Below, one piece after another: positions 20,081 to 24,000 of a stretch of DNA of 24,000 bases. Location of the stretch: the NCBI GenBank assembly GCA_046732855.1, contig JBKPNX010000003.1, positions 28,322 to 52,321 of the forward strand, given 5' to 3'. Each line of letters starts with the position of its first letter. The first letter of the stretch is position 1. The translations under genes were made by a program, and so were the position numbers. This DNA comes from Pseudomonadota bacterium (GTDB lineage Bacteria > Pseudomonadota > Alphaproteobacteria > Geminicoccales > Geminicoccaceae). The notes below the pieces were generated by a model. It had not been told where the DNA came from, did not search any database, and saw only the letters and a program-made list of their open reading frames with translations.

Positions 20081-20110
20081 GCTATACGACAGTGTCGGAT
20101 AAATTGTCAA
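20081..20110 (-). promoter_or_regulatory. Candidate sigma70 promoter of the toxin-antitoxin operon (possibly leaderless)
   Basis: On the minus strand: TTGACA (20110-20105), an 18-nt spacer, TATAGC (20086-20081), then agagc and ATG at 20075. Confidence 0.35.
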
Positions 20111-20160
20111 GGGCTGGGACCACGGCCTCCCCACGATCCATCCCCACCTTGGCCGATGCT

Positions 20161-21918
20161 CTACGTTAGCAGGCCGGCCTCGCAGGCCTTTATTTGCAGC
20201 GCTAGGTATTTTGAGTAGATCCGGCATTGCGCGAAGCTGCCGGCGATGAACCAGAGGCCGGGCTGCGCCGTGCGCGTGAACATGTTGCGCAATTCGTCGT
20301 CATCGCCGAAGCCCCAGATCGGGCCAACTCGATCGGCGACCTCCTTGCCAAACAACTTGCGCACCAGGTGCTCCTGGGCTTCGTATCCGGTCGCCAGCAC
20401 GATCAGATCGGCGGCAATCGTTTCGCCGTGGTGCAGCCGCGCCCCTGCCGCGACGAACTCCGCGATGTCGGAGAATTGCACCACTCTTATTTTGTCTTCG
20501 ACGATCAGGTCCGAACAGCCGACGTTGAAATAATAGCCGCCGCCGCGCGTCAGATATTTGAACTGCCACCCCGTTCCGTCTTCGCCGAAGTCGAGCTTGA
20601 AGCCGACGTCTTCGAGCTTGTCGAGGAGTTCCCGGTCCAGTTTCTTCGCTTGCTCGGTGAAGCGGACGTGGCTTTTCCTCATGAGCGCAAACGGCATGGA
20701 CGTCGTAATGAGGTCGCAATCCTCCAGAGGCGGCCCTTCATCGTACAATGCGTAGGGAAGCTGCGCGCTCGGCTCGATGTTGACGATCAAGGTCGGGCTG
20801 CGCTGCACGAGCGTGACGTTGGCTCCGCCGGAATGCAGGTCCTGCGCAATATCATGCCCGCTGTTGCCGGTGCCGATGACTATGGCGTCTTTGCCTCGCC
20901 ATGGCTCGCCGTCGTCATAACGACTGGAGTGCAGGACCGCGCCTGCGAAATTTTGCAAAGTAGGAATGTCCGGCAGATGCGGAATGCCGCTCACGCCAGT
21001 CGCCATCACGACATTTCGCGGGCGCATCTCGCGGCGGGCGCCATTCGCCCGACGCAGCACGATCGACCATCGTCCATCCTGTTCGTCGTATCTGCCCCCC
21101 AGAAACTCGGTCGCGGTCCAGTAGTTCAGCTCCAGGCTTTCGACATAAGCCTCGAACCACGCGGCGAGCTTGTCCTTGGGGATGTAGGTCGGCCAGCTCG
21201 GCGGAAAGGGCATGTACGGCAGGTGGTTGACCTGCACCTGGTTGTGCAAGGTGAGGGCATGGTAACGCTTGCGCCAATTGTCGCCGATGCGGGGTTCGCG
21301 GTCGACGATCAGCGTATCGACCTGCAATTGCGCGAGGCGCGCGGCGATCGACAGCCCTGCCTGCCCGCCCCCGACGATCAGGACGGCCGGGTCGCGGTCG
21401 ACATATCCGGCAGCGGACTGCCTGCGATCGAGCCAGTTCGGACCCCGAAAATCGCGCGAATAGGACTCGCCGCGCGGCCGCAAAGTGCCGATCCGTTCCT
21501 CGAACCCCTTAAGTTCGTCGAGCGCCGTAAGCAAGGTCCAGGCCTTAGGCCGGTTGCCGGCGGCGGCATCGGGGGTGAGCCGCACCACGCCCACGCCCCT
21601 GCCCTCTCTAGTCTCGAATCTGAAGATCGCTTCGATCGCTTCGGTCCCGGCGCGGGTGACCCGGCGGGGTGCAGTCCTCTCCTGATCAATCCTGAATGCA
21701 CTCGGCCGGACCAGTCCGGCATGCGCACTCAGTTGATCGCAAATCGTCTCCAGACCGCGGATCGTGCGGATGCGCCACGTCAGCGCCAGGACGTCGCGCC
21801 AGTAGCTGTCCCGATGGAACAGTTGCTCGAGCAGATCGCCCGGATGCGCGAGCGCCTGTCCGAACCGGGCAAGCCAGCGGTCCACGTCGGTCGCGATCGG
21901 TTCGATTTCAGCCAGCAT
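20161..21918 (-). CDS. Class B flavin-containing monooxygenase / NAD(P)/FAD-dependent oxidoreductase with an N-terminal extension of about 170 aa
   Basis: The FAD dinucleotide motif is VLIVGGGQAGLSIAARL and the second (NADPH) motif is AIVIGTGNSGHDIAQDL. DNWRKRYHALTLH is typical of this family. Confidence 0.85.
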   Translation of the reverse strand: MLAEIEPIATDVDRWLARFGQALAHPGDLLEQLFHRDSYWRDVLALTWRIRTIRGLETICDQLSAHAGLVRPSAFRIDQERTAPRRVTRAGTEAIEAIFRFETREGRGVGVVRLTPDAAAGNRPKAWTLLTALDELKGFEERIGTLRPRGESYSRDFRGPNWLDRRQSAAGYVDRDPAVLIVGGGQAGLSIAARLAQLQVDTLIVDREPRIGDNWRKRYHALTLHNQVQVNHLPYMPFPPSWPTYIPKDKLAAWFEAYVESLELNYWTATEFLGGRYDEQDGRWSIVLRRANGARREMRPRNVVMATGVSGIPHLPDIPTLQNFAGAVLHSSRYDDGEPWRGKDAIVIGTGNSGHDIAQDLHSGGANVTLVQRSPTLIVNIEPSAQLPYALYDEGPPLEDCDLITTSMPFALMRKSHVRFTEQAKKLDRELLDKLEDVGFKLDFGEDGTGWQFKYLTRGGGYYFNVGCSDLIVEDKIRVVQFSDIAEFVAAGARLHHGETIAADLIVLATGYEAQEHLVRKLFGKEVADRVGPIWGFGDDDELRNMFTRTAQPGLWFIAGSFAQCRIYSKYLALQIKACEAGLLT

Positions 21919-21972
21919 GCGCGCGCTCTCGGACCACCGGACGCTAGGTCTGCGAGACTACGTACACTATTC

Positions 21973-21997
21973 GCGACGCGACAGCGACAGCGACAGC
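21973..21997. repeat. Short tandem hexanucleotide repeat (GCGACA)n
   Basis: The sequence gcgac gcgaca gcgaca gcgaca gc lies in the divergent intergenic region between the monooxygenase and PRC-barrel genes. Confidence 0.6.
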
Positions 21998-22163
21998 TCA
22001 GCCATGACCGACGATCCCAGGCCGAAGGATTCTATCCAGAAGCAGTGGCGGCGATGCGAGTCTCGCCACGCGTGACAGCACGGTCGAGCAGTCGGCTCGG
22101 CCCGGAACCCATCCAGCTGGCATGGCGTTGGCCAAGGGGCGCACACAACCCGGGAGACGGCCA

Positions 22164-22937
22164 ATGCTGCGCAGCTTCGCTCACCTCCGCGGCTCCGCCA
22201 TTCACGCCAGTGACGGCGAGATCGGCTCGCTGCGCGATGTGTATTTCGACGACCAGAGCACGCTGATCCGCTACTTCGTCGTCGACACCGGGACCTGGCT
22301 GCCCGGCAGGCGCGTGCTGCTCGCGCCGGCGGCGGTTGGCGGCGTCGATGCCGAGCGCGGCGGGCTCGTCACCGGCCTGACCTGTCAACAGGTCGAGGAC
22401 AGCCCGCCAAGCGGTCTGGACCAGCCGGTGTCGCGCCAGCAGGAGACGGCGCTGCACGCCTACTATGGCTGGGAGCCGTACTGGGCCGTGCCGCCGCTCG
22501 CCGGCAGCCTCGCGCCCTACTGGGGCATCGCCGTGCCGACAGCGGCCCACGCGCCCTCGGACGAGGACCCGGTCGCCAGAGAAGTCGCGGCGCGCGAGCG
22601 CGAGGAGCGTGACCCGCATCTGCGCAGCGCGCGCGAGGTGGCGGGCTACCGCGTCGCCGCAACCGACGGCGAGATCGGCCACGTCGACGACTTCTTCATT
22701 AACGACCAAGACTGGGCGATCGAACTCCTCGGCATCGATACCGGCAACTGGCTGCCCGGGCGCAAGGTGGTGATCTCGCCCCGCTGGCTGCGCGGCGTCG
22801 ACTGGGCCGGACACCGCATCGAGGTCGACCTGAGCCGGCAGCAGATCGAGGACGGCCCGGAGTACGACCCGGCGCTGGTCCCCGACGAGACCTATCTCGA
22901 GCACCTCGCCGCGCACTACGGCCGGCCCTGGCGTTAG
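22164..22937 (+). CDS. Tandem PRC-barrel domain protein
   Basis: There are two PRC-barrel-like repeats: LRGSAIHASDGEIGSLRDVYFDDQSTLIRYFVVDTGTWLPGRRVLL and VAGYRVAATDGEIGHVDDFFINDQDWAIELLGIDTGNWLPGRKVVI. A YYGWEPYW linker sits between them. The start is set at ATG 22164 after GGGAGA. Confidence 0.75.
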   Translation: MLRSFAHLRGSAIHASDGEIGSLRDVYFDDQSTLIRYFVVDTGTWLPGRRVLLAPAAVGGVDAERGGLVTGLTCQQVEDSPPSGLDQPVSRQQETALHAYYGWEPYWAVPPLAGSLAPYWGIAVPTAAHAPSDEDPVAREVAAREREERDPHLRSAREVAGYRVAATDGEIGHVDDFFINDQDWAIELLGIDTGNWLPGRKVVISPRWLRGVDWAGHRIEVDLSRQQIEDGPEYDPALVPDETYLEHLAAHYGRPWR

Positions 22938-23119
22938 GGCGGGCGGAGCTACGCGCTGGGGCGTCGGCCGCGGGCAACGCGCTGGCGCGCGCCGTCACGC
23001 CACTGCAGAAGCGCCGCAGCCTTCGCCGACGTGCGCCAATCAGCCGCGGTCGCCCTCGCCAGGGGTGTCCTTTACCTGTTTGATGCGTCCGACCATCGGT
23101 TTGATCAGGGAGAGAAGGC

Positions 23120-23809
23120 ATGGCTCAGGCCGCATTGATCGTCGGCGCCGGCGAGGGCATCAGCGCCTCGTTCGCCCGAGCGCTCGCGCGCGAAGGCTTC
23201 GAGGTGGCGCTTGCCGCGCGCAATCCGGACAAGCTCGCAGCGCTGAGCGGCGAGATCGGCGCTCTGGCGCTGCGCTGCGACGTCACCGAAGCGGCCGAGG
23301 TCGAGCGCCTGTTCGCCGAAGTCGACGACCGGCTCGGCGCGCTCGACGTCGTGCATTACAACCCGAGCTATCGGACGCAGGGCGCGCTGGTCGAACTCGA
23401 CCCGGCCGAGGTCCGCCAGGCGCTCATGGTAAGCGCGTTCGGCGGCTTTCTGGTCGCGCAGCAGGCGGCCCGGCGCATGCTGCGCCAGGGCCGCGGCGCA
23501 ATCCTGTTCACCGGCGCCTCGGCCAGCGTCAAGGGCTACGCGCGCTCCGCCTCGTTCGCCATGGGCAAGTTCGCGTTACGTGGCCTCGCCCAGAGCATGG
23601 CGCGCGAGCTCGCGCCGCAGAACATCCACGTCGCCCATTTCGTGATCGACGGCGCGGTGCGCAGCGCGCGCCGCCAGGAGCCCGCGGACCGGCCCGACAG
23701 CATGCTCGATCCGGACGCCATCGCAGAGACCTACCTCGCGGTGCTCAAGCAGCCGCGCAGCGCCTGGACGTGGGAGGTCGAGCTGCGCCCCTGGGTCGAG
23801 ACCTTCTGA
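23120..23809 (+). CDS. Short-chain dehydrogenase/reductase (SDR) family oxidoreductase
   Basis: The RBS is GGGAGAGAAGG. The N-terminal Rossmann motif is ALIVGAGEGISASFARALAREGFEV. The size of 229 aa and GASASVKGYARSASFAMGKFALRGL (Y-x3-K-like catalytic region) fit the family. Confidence 0.85.
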   Translation: MAQAALIVGAGEGISASFARALAREGFEVALAARNPDKLAALSGEIGALALRCDVTEAAEVERLFAEVDDRLGALDVVHYNPSYRTQGALVELDPAEVRQALMVSAFGGFLVAQQAARRMLRQGRGAILFTGASASVKGYARSASFAMGKFALRGLAQSMARELAPQNIHVAHFVIDGAVRSARRQEPADRPDSMLDPDAIAETYLAVLKQPRSAWTWEVELRPWVETF

Positions 23810-24000
23810 GCGATCCTCGACCGGCGGCCGCGCCCTCCGGCTGCCCGGAGCGTCAACGCCGACCTGTTCGGGAGACCCGCCGCGCAGGCTCCCGAGGGCC
23901 CGTCGGGGCAGCCCCCAGCTCCGGTGAATCACGCGGGGAACTTTCCCGGTCTTGCGGTGTTGTTTAGCGCGTAGGCGTGCCGGCCGAAGGAGAACCTGAT

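Noticed and set aside
17815-20160. Calling the lower-GC patch a mobile element or integrated prophage remnant
   Set aside because: I could identify no integrase, transposase, tRNA attachment site, or terminal inverted or direct repeats. I report it only as an accessory islet.
22004-22075. A 23-codon ORF (ATG 22004) just after the hexamer repeat
   Set aside because: It has no RBS and is too short, with nothing to support coding. It is probably part of the PRC-barrel gene's 5' leader or promoter region.
20227-22266. A 679-aa plus-strand ORF opposite the monooxygenase, and a 294-aa minus-strand ORF (22032-22916) opposite the PRC-barrel gene
   Set aside because: Both lack motifs and are antisense to genes with clear FAD/NADPH-binding and PRC-barrel signatures.

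Overview
A visibly GC-rich, proteobacterial-type chromosomal window. I found no rRNA, tRNA, CRISPR array, transposase or integrase. All homology statements come from reading the translations and from remembered family motifs; nothing was computed or searched.

**Left third (about 1.3-7.5 kb): a DSF-family (cis-2-unsaturated fatty acid) cell-cell signalling locus.**
- It holds an RpfF-like crotonase synthase and an RpfC-like hybrid sensor kinase (multi-TM input, HisKA, HATPase, REC, HPt).
- The two genes are convergent and their 3' ends overlap by 17 bp.
- The gene upstream of rpfC, where Xanthomonas carries the HD-GYP regulator rpfG, instead encodes a REC-PAS-GGDEF-EAL protein.
- I consider this the most interesting system in the window. 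It looks like a hybrid of the Xanthomonas RpfC/RpfG and Burkholderia RpfR paradigms.

**Middle of the window.**
- A stand-alone FIST sensor-domain protein and a Nudix hydrolase.
- A heavily decayed endonuclease V (nfi) pseudogene.
- An XRE-family regulator with an upstream palindrome.
- A HAD hydrolase translationally coupled to a penicillin-acylase-family (Ntn hydrolase, AHL-acylase-like) gene.
- A CUT1-type ABC importer (Tat-signal binding protein plus two permeases) with no ATPase gene.

**Directly after the last permease: a lower-GC patch.**
- A DUF262(ParB-like)-HNH nuclease gene of the GmrSD/type IV restriction kind, broken by one frameshift and one in-frame TGA.
- A HigB/RelE-like toxin with an XRE antitoxin. 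The conserved toxin N-terminus is cut off by ATG-TAG.

**Right end.** A class-B flavin monooxygenase with an N-terminal extension, a tandem PRC-barrel protein and an SDR oxidoreductase.

Most other long ORFs in the six-frame track are antisense shadow ORFs typical of high-GC DNA.
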